Source: a virus (lineage: Duplodnaviria; Caudoviricetes). Taken from it: a DNA stretch of 27,233 nt. The position numbers were made by a program, and so were the translations under genes. The stretch spans positions 1 to 27,233 of IMG/VR virus record IMGVR_UViG_3300009095_000061; one strand, 5' to 3'. Below the pieces are notes generated by a model. The model saw only the letters and a program-made list of their open reading frames with translations, had not been told where the DNA came from and made no database searches. Of the stretch, positions 9,683-18,957 are shown piece after piece; the stretch's first letter is position 1, and every line of letters starts with the position of its first letter.

Positions 9683-10335
9683 AGGATCTCCTCGAACTCG
9701 GTGGCGAGCTTCTTGACGTCGCTCATGTCGAGCCCGTAGTCGCCCGGGTGGTGGTTCTTGACGTTCTCGTAGTCGACGAGGTCGGGGAGGGCGTTGTCGA
9801 CGACGTCGAGGCCGCGCTTGTTGAAGGCGGCCTTGAGGCGGTCTTTGGCGTTGGCGCGGCGGCGGTCGTAGCGGCCGAAGAGGACGAGCTTCTCGATGTC
9901 GTTCTTGGACCGGTCGGACAGGGCCAGGGCGGCGTCGATCTCGTCGCTCATGGCGGGGACGTGTTCGGAGTCGAACGGGGACATGGTGGTGGCGATGACG
10001 ACGATGTCGGCGATGCTGACTGCCAGGGACGACAGGGCGCGGTCGCCGCCGCCGACGTCGATGCCGATGAGGTCTTCACCGTGGTGCTGTTCGCTGACCT
10101 CATCGACCAGGCCTGCGTGGGCGACGCTGATGCGGTTGAAGGGGATCTTGGTGCCGCCGCGCTTGTCGGCCTTGCGCTGCCAGGTCGATCCGGACTGGGA
10201 GGTGTGGTCGGCGTCGGCGTAGGTGATGGTCTTGCCTTGGGTGGCCCACCAGTAGCACAGGAGGAAGGCGGCGGTGGTTTTGCCGACGCCGGGCTTGTGC
10301 GAGGTGAAGGCGATGACGGGCGTGCCGTTGATCAT
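9676..10335 (-). CDS. parA: ParA family partition ATPase
   Basis: ATG at 10335 (ATGA overlap) gives 219 aa; deviant Walker A KPGVGKTT, DAD motif, Walker B LIGIDVGG; no N-terminal HTH (type Ib size). Confidence 0.9.
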   Translation of the reverse strand: MINGTPVIAFTSHKPGVGKTTAAFLLCYWWATQGKTITYADADHTSQSGSTWQRKADKRGGTKIPFNRISVAHAGLVDEVSEQHHGEDLIGIDVGGGDRALSSLAVSIADIVVIATTMSPFDSEHVPAMSDEIDAALALSDRSKNDIEKLVLFGRYDRRRANAKDRLKAAFNKRGLDVVDNALPDLVDYENVKNHHPGDYGLDMSDVKKLATEFEEILW

Positions 10336-10580
10336 GCGGCTGGTTCCTTTCGGTCGTGTCGGTCCTCGTCGCCTTCGGCGAGGATGTCCTCGTCGTCGGC
10401 TTGGTCGAGGATGTTTTTCATCTTCTGGTAGTTGGGTTCTTCCTCGATTGGGTGGCGTTCCATGTACTCGCGCCATACATCGGTGTCGAGTTCGCGTTTG
10501 TCCCAACGGCGGATGGCGGCGACGATCTCGCGGTAGCGGACGACGTCGTCGCTGATGTCATTGATGGTGATTCGAGCCAT
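10332..10580 (-). CDS. Small RHH/Arc-like DNA-binding protein heading the par operon
   Basis: AAGGAG RBS before ATG 10580; MARITINDISDDV strand-helix start; acidic tail; coupled to parA. Confidence 0.5.
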   Translation of the reverse strand: MARITINDISDDVVRYREIVAAIRRWDKRELDTDVWREYMERHPIEEEPNYQKMKNILDQADDEDILAEGDEDRHDRKEPAA

Positions 10581-10734
10581 CTCACTCCTTATGAGCATAC
10601 GTATGTACGTTCACGAGCCAGAGTAGCAGGTCGAACCGTCGCTCATATTTGAGCCATTTCATGTCTGTATGACACTTTTGCCGGAATAGTGAGATGATGG
10701 TATTGATGCTCGTTTGACCGTTTTAGGGGGGATC

Positions 10735-12609
10735 GTGGCGAGGTGTGGTTGTAACGCCGCCAGTGCGACAACGTGTGACGCGATCGTGCTGTGTGTGGCC
10801 GCAAACCTCGGGGACGGCCTGCGCTATGACTCGGTGACCGGCACCCTGGCAGTGCGGTTGTCGAATGAGGCGGGCAACGCCGCCCGGTTCGGCTCCGACC
10901 GGGGCATCTACGTGCCCGGTGGCGACACCAACCCGGACCCGGCTTCAGGCCGTAAAACCATCGCCGGGCTCCCAGCCAGAGCGTTCTGCGCCAACCAGGG
11001 CGGGGGCGGGTCCATGATGCCGTTCGGGGACCCGAACGGCATCGAATACGCCGTGTCCAACCGAATGGACATGGTCAGCTTTCACACCTTCGCGCTGGCC
11101 GACGGCATTGCAATCAACCGGACGACCAATCCGGAGTCGGATCTGAGCGCCTTCACCGACAACCCGTCCAGCATCGACTTCCAGGAAATCTCCTCGGTAG
11201 TGCTACCGAGTTTGAGCTATGACGTCGGGACACGCGTGAATCCGACCGGCCGCAACTCGGGAGCGCCCGCGTCGCTGTTGTCGCCCGATGGTGGCTGGTT
11301 CGGGTTCTACGCCCAGCCGTTTGCGCCCATGACTCTGGCCGAGGCGCTGCACCGCCTAGCGGCCCGTGCCGTGGCGTACTTGGCGGTTTACAGCGGTTTC
11401 GATGAGGTCGAGACCCCTCGCAATGTCAGCGCCGCGATTAACGCGGTGCTGCAGGTCGGCTCGCAGGACTGGACGATTCTCGGTTTCAGCCCATACGTCG
11501 ATGACGGGACCGGCAACATCGTCATCAGCCCTTTGTGGACACAATGGGCTGCCGATGTGATCGCCGCAGGGATCACTCCGGCAGCGGACCTGTTCGAGGA
11601 CCTGGAGGACGGGGTCGCGATCACGCCGCAGGCGGTCATCGACGCCGGTATCCAGTGGGTGCGGTTCAAGGCGTTCGAGCCCGAGGGGGGCACCTCTATG
11701 GCCCGCATCCAGCAGTTCATCGACGCCGGGCTCCAGGTCATCGTCCAGGCCACCAGCCGACAGTTCGACACGCAGCGGCTGTACGCGGCCGGGGCACGGG
11801 TGGTCATGGCCGACTCGCCGGTCTACGCCCGTGGCGGCCGGGGCGAGGCGGGGGATCTGGACTATCGCAAGACGGTACTCATCCCGGGCCTGCAGACCCG
11901 CACCTGCATGGAGGGATCGCTCACCCGCAGAACGAACAACGGGTTCGACGCGGACAGGGACGTGGGTTGGTGCCGCCAGTCGGCGCCGGGCCGGTATTTC
12001 TCGGCCCGGTTCGGCTGGGAGGGCGGCATCGGCGCCCACTTGATGTCGCAGCTACTCGGCGAGCTGTGCCCGCATGAGACGCCACCGTCGTGGCGGCTGC
12101 GGGTGCGGTTCCGCATCGACCCGACCCAGGCCACTCACCCGTCGGGGAACGTGCCCAAGCAGGGGCTGTTCGTGTGCGCCCCAACCGACCAGGACATCAC
12201 CAATTTCGAGGAAGAAGGCCAACCGAATCTGAAGCCGTCGACGAACGGCTACCTGTGCTTCGTGCGCGTCGGTAGCTCCGACCAAGGCAGGGTGGAGTTG
12301 CGGAAGATCACCGACGGTGTCGACGAGCCCCTAGCCACTGATGAAGCGTTCCCGTCGATCGCTATTGGCGCATGGATCTATATGTCATTCACCGCGACCG
12401 CGACCGGTATCAATCTCGCCGTCGGCCACCAGACCCAAGCCGACGACATCATCTATCAGGTCAACGACACCACCCATCGCGGCCCGTACGCGCACTACAT
12501 CTGGGAGGACGACTACCGCCTGCCAGCCGAGAACGACGGCTTCGCGCACGGCTATGCCCCCTACGAACGGTACTCCACCGACCGGCCGATGTGGGAGGAC
12601 CTGTCCTGA
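10735..12609 (+). CDS. Minor tail / receptor-binding protein 1: GDPD-like barrel plus beta-sandwich domain
   Basis: GTG at 10735 gives MARCGC..., matching the paralog; GDPD-like segments (LADGIAI, PMTLAEAL, GLQVIV...AGARVVMADSP); beta-rich C-terminal domain. Confidence 0.7.
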   Translation: MARCGCNAASATTCDAIVLCVAANLGDGLRYDSVTGTLAVRLSNEAGNAARFGSDRGIYVPGGDTNPDPASGRKTIAGLPARAFCANQGGGGSMMPFGDPNGIEYAVSNRMDMVSFHTFALADGIAINRTTNPESDLSAFTDNPSSIDFQEISSVVLPSLSYDVGTRVNPTGRNSGAPASLLSPDGGWFGFYAQPFAPMTLAEALHRLAARAVAYLAVYSGFDEVETPRNVSAAINAVLQVGSQDWTILGFSPYVDDGTGNIVISPLWTQWAADVIAAGITPAADLFEDLEDGVAITPQAVIDAGIQWVRFKAFEPEGGTSMARIQQFIDAGLQVIVQATSRQFDTQRLYAAGARVVMADSPVYARGGRGEAGDLDYRKTVLIPGLQTRTCMEGSLTRRTNNGFDADRDVGWCRQSAPGRYFSARFGWEGGIGAHLMSQLLGELCPHETPPSWRLRVRFRIDPTQATHPSGNVPKQGLFVCAPTDQDITNFEEEGQPNLKPSTNGYLCFVRVGSSDQGRVELRKITDGVDEPLATDEAFPSIAIGAWIYMSFTATATGINLAVGHQTQADDIIYQVNDTTHRGPYAHYIWEDDYRLPAENDGFAHGYAPYERYSTDRPMWEDLS

Positions 12610-14396
12610 TGGCACGGTGCGGATGCAACACGGTCCAGTCGACTACGTGCGAGGCGATCATGGCCTGCATTGTCGCGAATCTGGGTCCGGGCCTGGACTA
12701 TAACGAGCAGACCAGGCAGATCGAGGTGCGGATCTCGACTGACGCCGGGAATGCGGCCCGCTTCGGGTCCGATGGTGACCTGTACGCTCCGGTGGCGACC
12801 GCGCCGGGGCCGATCCAGTGGCCGGTCACGGTGGCCACGCTCCCGGCGCAGGCGATCGCCGCTACCGGCGGCAGCAACACGGTGCTGCCCTCGACCTCGC
12901 CGCAGGCCATCGAGTACGCCGCCGCCAACCGCATTGACATCTACGCCACCAGTGTGTGCGCCATGGACGACGGCGTCGCCTTGGAGGTCATCGCCAACCG
13001 CGATAGCAATAGCAGCACGTACCTCGACAATCCGAGTGTCGTCGCGTGGCACCAGGTCGGATCGGTTGCGGTGCCGAGCATGGTCTATGACGCCGGGACA
13101 CGCGTCTCGCCGACGGCCCGGAACGCACCCAGCGATTTCACCGACCCAGACGGCGGATGGGCAGGGTTCTATAGCCACCCGTATGCGGTGCGAACGGTGG
13201 CCGAGCTGCTACGGATCGTACGTGGCCGGATGGTCGTGGCCATGTTCGTGCGCCTGGAGGGCCTGACCGACGATGCGCAGGCCGTCGCCGCCGTCGAGTC
13301 GGTCGTCAATGCGGTGGTCGCGGCCGGTGCCCAGGACTGGGTCATCATCATGCCGCAGGATGTGCTCGACGACGGCACCCGTGTGCCACTGGACGCCATG
13401 ATGGCGGTCATCACCGGCGCTGGGATCACCGGCGGGGTCAACGTGTTCGTCGAGAACGGCGACGTGTTTGAGCCCGCCGAGATCGTTGCCTCTGGCGCGA
13501 CGTGGGTCGATATCGCCAGCCCGTCACGGCCGGATGGCGCCTCGGGCGCCCGGATCGGCGAGTTCGTGTCCGCTGGGCTGGAGGTTATGGTCTTCACCGA
13601 TGCGCGCCACTACTGGACGGATTGGGCGTTCGGGCTCGGGGCCAGGGCGGTCCGTTCGGGCGATGGCGTCTACGCCCGGGGCGGGAGGGGGCAGCCGGGC
13701 GACCTGGACTATCGGCAGACGCTCATCCCAGGGCTGGCGACGCGTGGCGCGACCGTGGGGGCGATCAGCCCGCGCACCGCGACCTACTCGACCGTGTACG
13801 AGCAGGGTTTCGCCCGGCAAGACGAGACCGGGCGGTGGTTTCCTGAGCGCTACGGCTGGGTCGATGGTGCGCCGCCGATTCCGAACTCGCAGCTGCTCGG
13901 CACGATCTGCCCGATCCCGAACACCACCGACTACCGTATCCGGTTGCGTGTGTGGCGCCCGGAGCGGGAGTCGTCGGTCACGACCGCCGCGTTCGCCGGG
14001 ATCGGGTTCGCGCTGCTCGACGACCGCGACATCGCGAACTTCGTGCCGAACCAGCTCGGGTACGCCGCGCGCCTGCACCCGCCGTCGAGCACCGCTGGGT
14101 GGGAGCATATGAGCCTGGTCCGCTACGACGGCAGCGGTGCCAACACCACGCTGGCCGAAAGTAACGACCCACCGGGGTGGGCCTATGAGGAGTGGACCGA
14201 ACTGTCGGTGACAGTGCAGGGCTCGACCATCACGTTCACCGCGACCGCGTCCACCGGGACGGCGACCATCAGCGCCAACGACGCGACCTACCGGGGGTCC
14301 TATGCGTCTTACATCTGGTACGAAACCAGCCAGCGCCCGATTCTGCACGCCTACGACAACCCGGTCAATCTGGTGACGTATGAAGCGCTGTCGTAG
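12609..14396 (+). CDS. Minor tail / receptor-binding protein 2, paralog of the upstream gene
   Basis: TGATG coupling at 12607-12611; MARCGC start; shared AGNAARFGSD, YDxGTRVxPT, DGGWxGFY and VYARGGRGxxGDLDYR blocks. Confidence 0.7.
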   Translation: MARCGCNTVQSTTCEAIMACIVANLGPGLDYNEQTRQIEVRISTDAGNAARFGSDGDLYAPVATAPGPIQWPVTVATLPAQAIAATGGSNTVLPSTSPQAIEYAAANRIDIYATSVCAMDDGVALEVIANRDSNSSTYLDNPSVVAWHQVGSVAVPSMVYDAGTRVSPTARNAPSDFTDPDGGWAGFYSHPYAVRTVAELLRIVRGRMVVAMFVRLEGLTDDAQAVAAVESVVNAVVAAGAQDWVIIMPQDVLDDGTRVPLDAMMAVITGAGITGGVNVFVENGDVFEPAEIVASGATWVDIASPSRPDGASGARIGEFVSAGLEVMVFTDARHYWTDWAFGLGARAVRSGDGVYARGGRGQPGDLDYRQTLIPGLATRGATVGAISPRTATYSTVYEQGFARQDETGRWFPERYGWVDGAPPIPNSQLLGTICPIPNTTDYRIRLRVWRPERESSVTTAAFAGIGFALLDDRDIANFVPNQLGYAARLHPPSSTAGWEHMSLVRYDGSGANTTLAESNDPPGWAYEEWTELSVTVQGSTITFTATASTGTATISANDATYRGSYASYIWYETSQRPILHAYDNPVNLVTYEALS

Positions 14397-14509
14397 CGCA
14401 GTGGGGCATCGGTGCGTCGAGTACCAGCGGCCATCGATGACCTTGACCAGTGGTGGTGCGCCGAGGAGTGCTTCGCGACCTGGCGGCGCTCGCGCTGGTC
14501 GTGGACGGC

Positions 14510-15001
14510 TTAGAGGTATGCGGCCCTGACCGCAGCGTAGTGGACGGTGCCGTCGGGGTCGGTGTGGGTGAACAGGACGCCGTGCAGGCCGGTGCGCTCC
14601 AGCCACGCGGGCCAGGCGAACAGGCTGGTGCGTGGCATGGCGTCCAGGTCGTTTTCGGCGATGATGCCGGACCCGTGGGCTCGGAGTTCGACGTCGTCGA
14701 GGCCGTGGGGGTTGCCTGCGAGTTTGGGGCCGACCAGTTCGTAGTAGCCCGGCTCCAGGTCGTCGGTGTCGAGGCCGGAGAGGGCTTTTTTGATGGTGGG
14801 GGCGGCTTTGCTGGTGGGTTTCCAGGGGGTGCCGGGTTTGGTTCCGGCGATCTCCAAGCCCTGGTCTGCGGTGTAGCGGAGGGTGCGACCGGTCCACAGT
14901 GGCGAGGGGGTGCCGTTGGTTTTGTCGGCGAACCAGTCGATGGCGACGGTTGGCGTGTATCGGTCTTGTTCGATGGTGAAGACGTCCGGCGCAAGAATCA
15001 T
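14510..15001 (-). CDS. Degenerate RNA ligase-like protein (RLIG1/DUF5565-type)
   Basis: GYYELVGPKLAGNPHGL...HG resembles the family GTYELxGPKxNGNP..HG signature; probable leaderless start (TATAGT 6 nt upstream of ATG). Confidence 0.55.
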   Translation of the reverse strand: MILAPDVFTIEQDRYTPTVAIDWFADKTNGTPSPLWTGRTLRYTADQGLEIAGTKPGTPWKPTSKAAPTIKKALSGLDTDDLEPGYYELVGPKLAGNPHGLDDVELRAHGSGIIAENDLDAMPRTSLFAWPAWLERTGLHGVLFTHTDPDGTVHYAAVRAAYL

Positions 15002-15089
15002 GCCAAGACTATACCGTTTTTAGTGCAAATGTGTGTGAAGGTACGTATTCATCTCATATGACCTGATTCGTGATGTAAGTCTGTTTTGC

Positions 15090-15506
15090 CTACCAGGAGT
15101 TGCCGTACTCGCTGTACTCGGACGGCTTCATCGCCTCGGCGGCAGCGCACAGGTGCTCCCATTCGGCGTCGGTGACCATGCCGAGGCTGCGGGCCAGGTC
15201 AAACCAGACGCGCGAAAGCAGACTGAACGGGGGCCGGGGCGATGCGGTGACCGCCGTGCGGGCTGCCTCGGCGGCCTTGTCGTCAGTCCACAGCAGCAGC
15301 GTCGAGATCGATTCGTTCGCCATCCAGCAGTAGTGCAGCCCCCCGTGGATCTCGATGTCCTCGATGCCGGTGTTCGTCCAGTGGGCCAGGCGCTGGATCG
15401 GGCCATTGGGGTGGGCGAAGACGTCGTTGTAGATCCAGGACCAGAACGCCACACCAGCGGGAGCGAACGACGGCGGCAGCAGCACAATCGGTTTGGTTTC
15501 GGTCAC
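15090..15506 (-). CDS. Hypothetical protein
   Basis: 138 aa, GTGA coupling to the upstream HTH gene, high-GC codon usage. Confidence 0.6.
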   Translation of the reverse strand: MTETKPIVLLPPSFAPAGVAFWSWIYNDVFAHPNGPIQRLAHWTNTGIEDIEIHGGLHYCWMANESISTLLLWTDDKAAEAARTAVTASPRPPFSLLSRVWFDLARSLGMVTDAEWEHLCAAAEAMKPSEYSEYGNSW

Positions 15507-15892
15507 TCACTGATCGTATCTTGCTGGTGGAGGGTGCTGCGGATCTGATCGACCAGGACGTCGATGTGAGCTAGCGCCTTGCGGTGCCGCAGCTGTTCGA
15601 TCTCGTATTCGGCCAGCATGACCCGCAGCCGCTCGGCGGCGACGGTGCCTCGCTGGCGCAGCCACGCGAAGACCTCGGCGGCGACCCAGTACCGGACCGG
15701 CGAGTGGCTGGTCATCACTTCCTTGACCGCCTGGGGGAAGTCGTCGGCTTTGGCCCAGTTGGTGACCGAACGGGGCGTCACTTGCCCGATTTCGGCGATC
15801 TCGGCTCGGGAGAGGAGCTGTTCTTCGCAGTGTTGGAATTCGGGCCGCAGCCACCGCACCTGATAGTTTTTCTCCTCCGGGGCTGTGGCCAC
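15503..15892 (-). CDS. AlpA/excisionase-like HTH DNA-binding protein
   Basis: LLSRAEIAEIGQVTPRSVTNW...DFPQ...RYWVAAEVFAWL winged-HTH pattern; AAGGAG RBS. Confidence 0.75.
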   Translation of the reverse strand: MATAPEEKNYQVRWLRPEFQHCEEQLLSRAEIAEIGQVTPRSVTNWAKADDFPQAVKEVMTSHSPVRYWVAAEVFAWLRQRGTVAAERLRVMLAEYEIEQLRHRKALAHIDVLVDQIRSTLHQQDTISE

Positions 15893-15901
15893 GGCTGCTC
15901 C

Positions 15902-16984
15902 TTACGGTTTGATCTGGTAGAAGCCCGACGTCCGCGCTTTGGGGACCGGCTTTCCGAGGTCTTCTAGCATTTTGACGCATGCGGCGGTGTCGGTGCGATC
16001 GTGTCCTTCACGCCACACTAGCGTCCGGGCGACGCCGCCGATCTCGTATTCGCCCGGTTCCAGCCCGAGGTGGGCGACCAGGTCGGTGAGGTACTCCTTG
16101 CCTTTGCGGTAGCGGTCGATGACGCCCCGCTGGGTCAGGAAGTCGGCGAGCACTGCCTCGGCGTCGTCGAGGCCCTGTTTGATGCGGGCGCAGGCGCCGA
16201 CCAGTTCAGCGGCGGCCTCGGCCCGGACCGCGTCGGCGCCGTCTTTTCCCAGGCACTTGGTCTGCCACGGGCAGCGCTGGCACGGCGAGGTGGGCGCGGC
16301 GGCGTCGGCGTCGGCTTTGCCGAACCAGCGCGGTGCCTCGTTGATGTCGGAGGCGAGTGCGGTGACGTAGTCGATCAGGTGCTGGCCTTCGGCTTGTTCG
16401 CGCTCGTCCCAGGCTCTGGCGACCACGGCCCAGTGCCGCTGGGGGTCGGCCCGGTCGAGGTAGTAGATCCAGTACCCGCACACCGGGGAGCCCGACAGGT
16501 GCTCGGCCAGGACCGAGGCGAAGCGGCACTGGCTCAGGTGCGCTGTCTTCACCTCACCGGCCAGGACCGCGTCGACCCCGGCCTTCCCGGTGGTCTTGAA
16601 CTCGAAGATCCCGATCGATCCGTTTGTGAAGTGTACGGCCAAATCGGGGCGGGCCACCATCGCTGCATCGCCCGCGCCCGCGCGGGCGATGGACAGGACC
16701 GGTTCGATCTCGACGGCCTCGACGTCGGTCCTGGCCTCAAAGGCCTTGGCCAGGTACTCCAGGTAGAAGTCGTGGAGCGCGGTCCCGATGTGAGCTTTGA
16801 TGGCCAACTCGGGTTCGATGTGGTCGGAGTGCGGGACGCGGTGGTACCGGTAGTGCAGGGCTCTGGGGCAGGAGTGGAGCTGGGAGGCGTGGATGGCGGC
16901 GTCATGGTTGGCGTGGCGGTTGGTTTCGGTGGCCAACCGCCACGCCTCGGACGTCAATTGTGCAATATCGTGCTGATTGAGCAT
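15902..16984 (-). CDS. Cas4-like PD-(D/E)XK exonuclease (RecE partner)
   Basis: ASQLHSCPRALHY, GTALH, RPDL...IFEFKT, C-terminal CQRCPWQTKC (1+3 Cys Fe-S ligands); adjacent to recT. Confidence 0.85.
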   Translation of the reverse strand: MLNQHDIAQLTSEAWRLATETNRHANHDAAIHASQLHSCPRALHYRYHRVPHSDHIEPELAIKAHIGTALHDFYLEYLAKAFEARTDVEAVEIEPVLSIARAGAGDAAMVARPDLAVHFTNGSIGIFEFKTTGKAGVDAVLAGEVKTAHLSQCRFASVLAEHLSGSPVCGYWIYYLDRADPQRHWAVVARAWDEREQAEGQHLIDYVTALASDINEAPRWFGKADADAAAPTSPCQRCPWQTKCLGKDGADAVRAEAAAELVGACARIKQGLDDAEAVLADFLTQRGVIDRYRKGKEYLTDLVAHLGLEPGEYEIGGVARTLVWREGHDRTDTAACVKMLEDLGKPVPKARTSGFYQIKP

Positions 16985-17034
16985 TAGTTACAGATATATG
17001 AACCATGCCCGATTTTGCGTGTTTTGCGTGCGTG

Positions 17035-18093
17035 TCACGCTTCTTCAGTGGGATCTGGCGCCTTCAGGTCTTCCTTGGCCTGGGCGATCAGATCGGCCAG
17101 GCCGGGGAAGGTCCCAGCCTGTTTCGCGTACGCGGTCATGTCGTGCAGCTCCTGGGCGCTGGTGATCTGGTCGATGTGCGAGGCCCACTCGTCGATTGAG
17201 TGGTCGACCGTGAGGTGCGACCACGGGTAGGCGGCCTCGGCGATGGTGACGGTGCCGCCTTCGACGATCTGCTTCATCGTCGAGCCGAGTTCCTTGACCG
17301 CCTCCATCATGGTCATCGACTCGTTGTACGGCTCGGTGTCGATCCCTTCGTTGCCGACCTGCCAGTAGATATCATGCAGTTCCTCGCGGAGCTTTCCGGC
17401 CCGTTCGGCGTCAAGGTCGGTTTCGGCGGCGATCTCGACCAGCCGGTGCCGCAGTGCCTCGGTCAGGGCCCGGGACCGCTCGGCGGCGGTCTCGATCTTG
17501 GTGACTTCGTCGAGCATGTCGATCTGGTCGACGTGGTCGGCTTGGGCCATCTCCTCGGCGGTGTAGATCCCGGCCAGGTCGTCGGGGAAGGCCTTGCGCA
17601 GCCCGAGCGCCTCGGCGCACTTGGCCAGCATGCCGTCGTCCATCTTTTGCCACATCAGCGAGTTGTTGCCGTAGGAGGACCAGGTGGCCACGCCCCACAC
17701 CGGTTTGATGAAGCCTTTGCGGTAGATGCCGACCTTCGCGCCCGCCGGGTGCGCCTCTTCAAGCCAGATGTCGCGGAACTGTCCGTTGCGTCCGCACCAG
17801 AACGGGCCTTCCTGCCCGGCGTACTCACCGGTGCGCTGGGCGATGATCCGGTAGCCGTCGATGCCGGTCTGGATCGTGTACCGGCCCTTCTTGACCAGGT
17901 AGATCTGTGCCGAGAACGGGTCGAGTTTGGTCCGCTGGCACTTGTGCAGGAACTGGATCAAGATCGGGTCGTCAGGGTCGACGACGTTGCCGTTCTTGTC
18001 TTTCGACAGTTCCTGGATGACCTCCAGCTGCGCTGGTGTCCACTCGGTCTGGTCGGGCCGGATGGCCAGCGCGGCCTTGTCGTTCTCGCTCAT
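17035..18093 (-). CDS. bet: Phage recombinase RecT/Bet family
   Basis: [35 protein letters not shown] and [16 protein letters not shown] motifs; AAGGAG RBS. Confidence 0.9.
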   Translation of the reverse strand: MSENDKAALAIRPDQTEWTPAQLEVIQELSKDKNGNVVDPDDPILIQFLHKCQRTKLDPFSAQIYLVKKGRYTIQTGIDGYRIIAQRTGEYAGQEGPFWCGRNGQFRDIWLEEAHPAGAKVGIYRKGFIKPVWGVATWSSYGNNSLMWQKMDDGMLAKCAEALGLRKAFPDDLAGIYTAEEMAQADHVDQIDMLDEVTKIETAAERSRALTEALRHRLVEIAAETDLDAERAGKLREELHDIYWQVGNEGIDTEPYNESMTMMEAVKELGSTMKQIVEGGTVTIAEAAYPWSHLTVDHSIDEWASHIDQITSAQELHDMTAYAKQAGTFPGLADLIAQAKEDLKAPDPTEEA

Positions 18094-18103
18094 GGTGCTC
18101 CTT

Positions 18104-18346
18104 TCAGGTAAGGACCGGCGTGATGGTGACGACCGCGCCGTCCCGGCAGATCGCGGACAGCGCCTGGCCGGACAGCAGCCGCCGGGTCTCTTCGGGCCCG
18201 GTGAAGTGGTCGCCGATCGATTGGGTGATGAGTTGGCCGCGTGCTTTGGCCATGGCCTCGACGGGGTCGGTCTCGCGCCAGGACCAGGTGTGGCCGCCGG
18301 AGGTGACGGTGATGTCGTATCGCCACCAGCGGGCCGGTTGCCTCAT
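18104..18346 (-). CDS. Hypothetical protein
   Basis: 80 aa from ATG 18346 ([10 protein letters not shown]...), fills the gap between ssb and recT. Confidence 0.55.
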   Translation of the reverse strand: MRQPARWWRYDITVTSGGHTWSWRETDPVEAMAKARGQLITQSIGDHFTGPEETRRLLSGQALSAICRDGAVVTITPVLT

Positions 18347-18348
18347 GG

Positions 18349-18795
18349 CTAGAACGGCGGCTCGAAGGCGCTGCTGTGGGCCGGGGCGCGGTGCGTGGGC
18401 TGGGCGCGGCCGATGTGACCTGACGGTTTGTTGGTGCCTCCTTTGGTGATCTGTGCGGTGGCGTGGCGCAGGACTGGGCCGGTTTCGTCGATGTCGACTT
18501 TCCAGCGTTTGACCGGTCCGCTCTCGCCTTCGTAGGAGTCGTCGACCAGGCGTCCCCGGACCCAGACGGCGGTGCCTTTGCGGAAGGTGGCCGCGACGTT
18601 TTCGGCGTAGGTGCGCCAGACGGCGCAGTTGAGGAAGATGGTGGTGCCGTCTTCCCATTCGCCGGTGTGGCCGTTTTTGCGGCGGGGGGTGACTGCGACG
18701 CCGAAGTTGGCGACGGCGATGCCGGAGTCGAGGTAGGTCAGGTGGGGGTCTTCGGTGCAGTTGCCGGTGAACTCGATGATGGGTTCGCCTGCCAT
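18349..18795 (-). CDS. ssb: Single-stranded DNA-binding protein
   Basis: MAGEPIIEFTGNCTEDP...VANFGVAVTPR...GEWEDGTTIFLNCAVWR, actinobacterial SSB OB fold; C-terminal EPPF. Confidence 0.95.
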   Translation of the reverse strand: MAGEPIIEFTGNCTEDPHLTYLDSGIAVANFGVAVTPRRKNGHTGEWEDGTTIFLNCAVWRTYAENVAATFRKGTAVWVRGRLVDDSYEGESGPVKRWKVDIDETGPVLRHATAQITKGGTNKPSGHIGRAQPTHRAPAHSSAFEPPF

Positions 18796-18871
18796 CGGTA
18801 GCCTCATCTCTAGGTCGGTTATGACCCATTGAGACTACATATGCGGTGAGACATCACCTATGTCCGATTAG

Positions 18872-18905
18872 TGGGGGTTGGCGGCCCCTCTTCCGCCAAC
18901 CCCCA
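18872..18905. terminator. GC-rich intergenic hairpin, possible terminator
   Basis: 13-bp perfect stem TGGGGGTTGGCGG/CCGCCAACCCCCA downstream of ORF 18958..19503. Confidence 0.5.
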
Positions 18906-18957
18906 GCACCCCATCACCAAGGTGCCTGCATCGCCCTGGAGTGCGACGCGAGCCAGG

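Noticed and set aside
7818-12608. Longer ORF-track starts (7818, 10506, 10714, 12372)
   Set aside because: Coupled overlaps, RBS positions and the shared MARCGC N-terminus support starts at 7917, 10335, 10735 and 12609
11820-13740. Diversity-generating retroelement between the two paralogous tail genes
   Set aside because: Differences in shared blocks are mostly third-position and not adenine-specific; no reverse transcriptase in the window
15902-16984. CRISPR-Cas association of the Cas4-like nuclease
   Set aside because: No cas1/cas2 or array; the recT/ssb context indicates a recombination module
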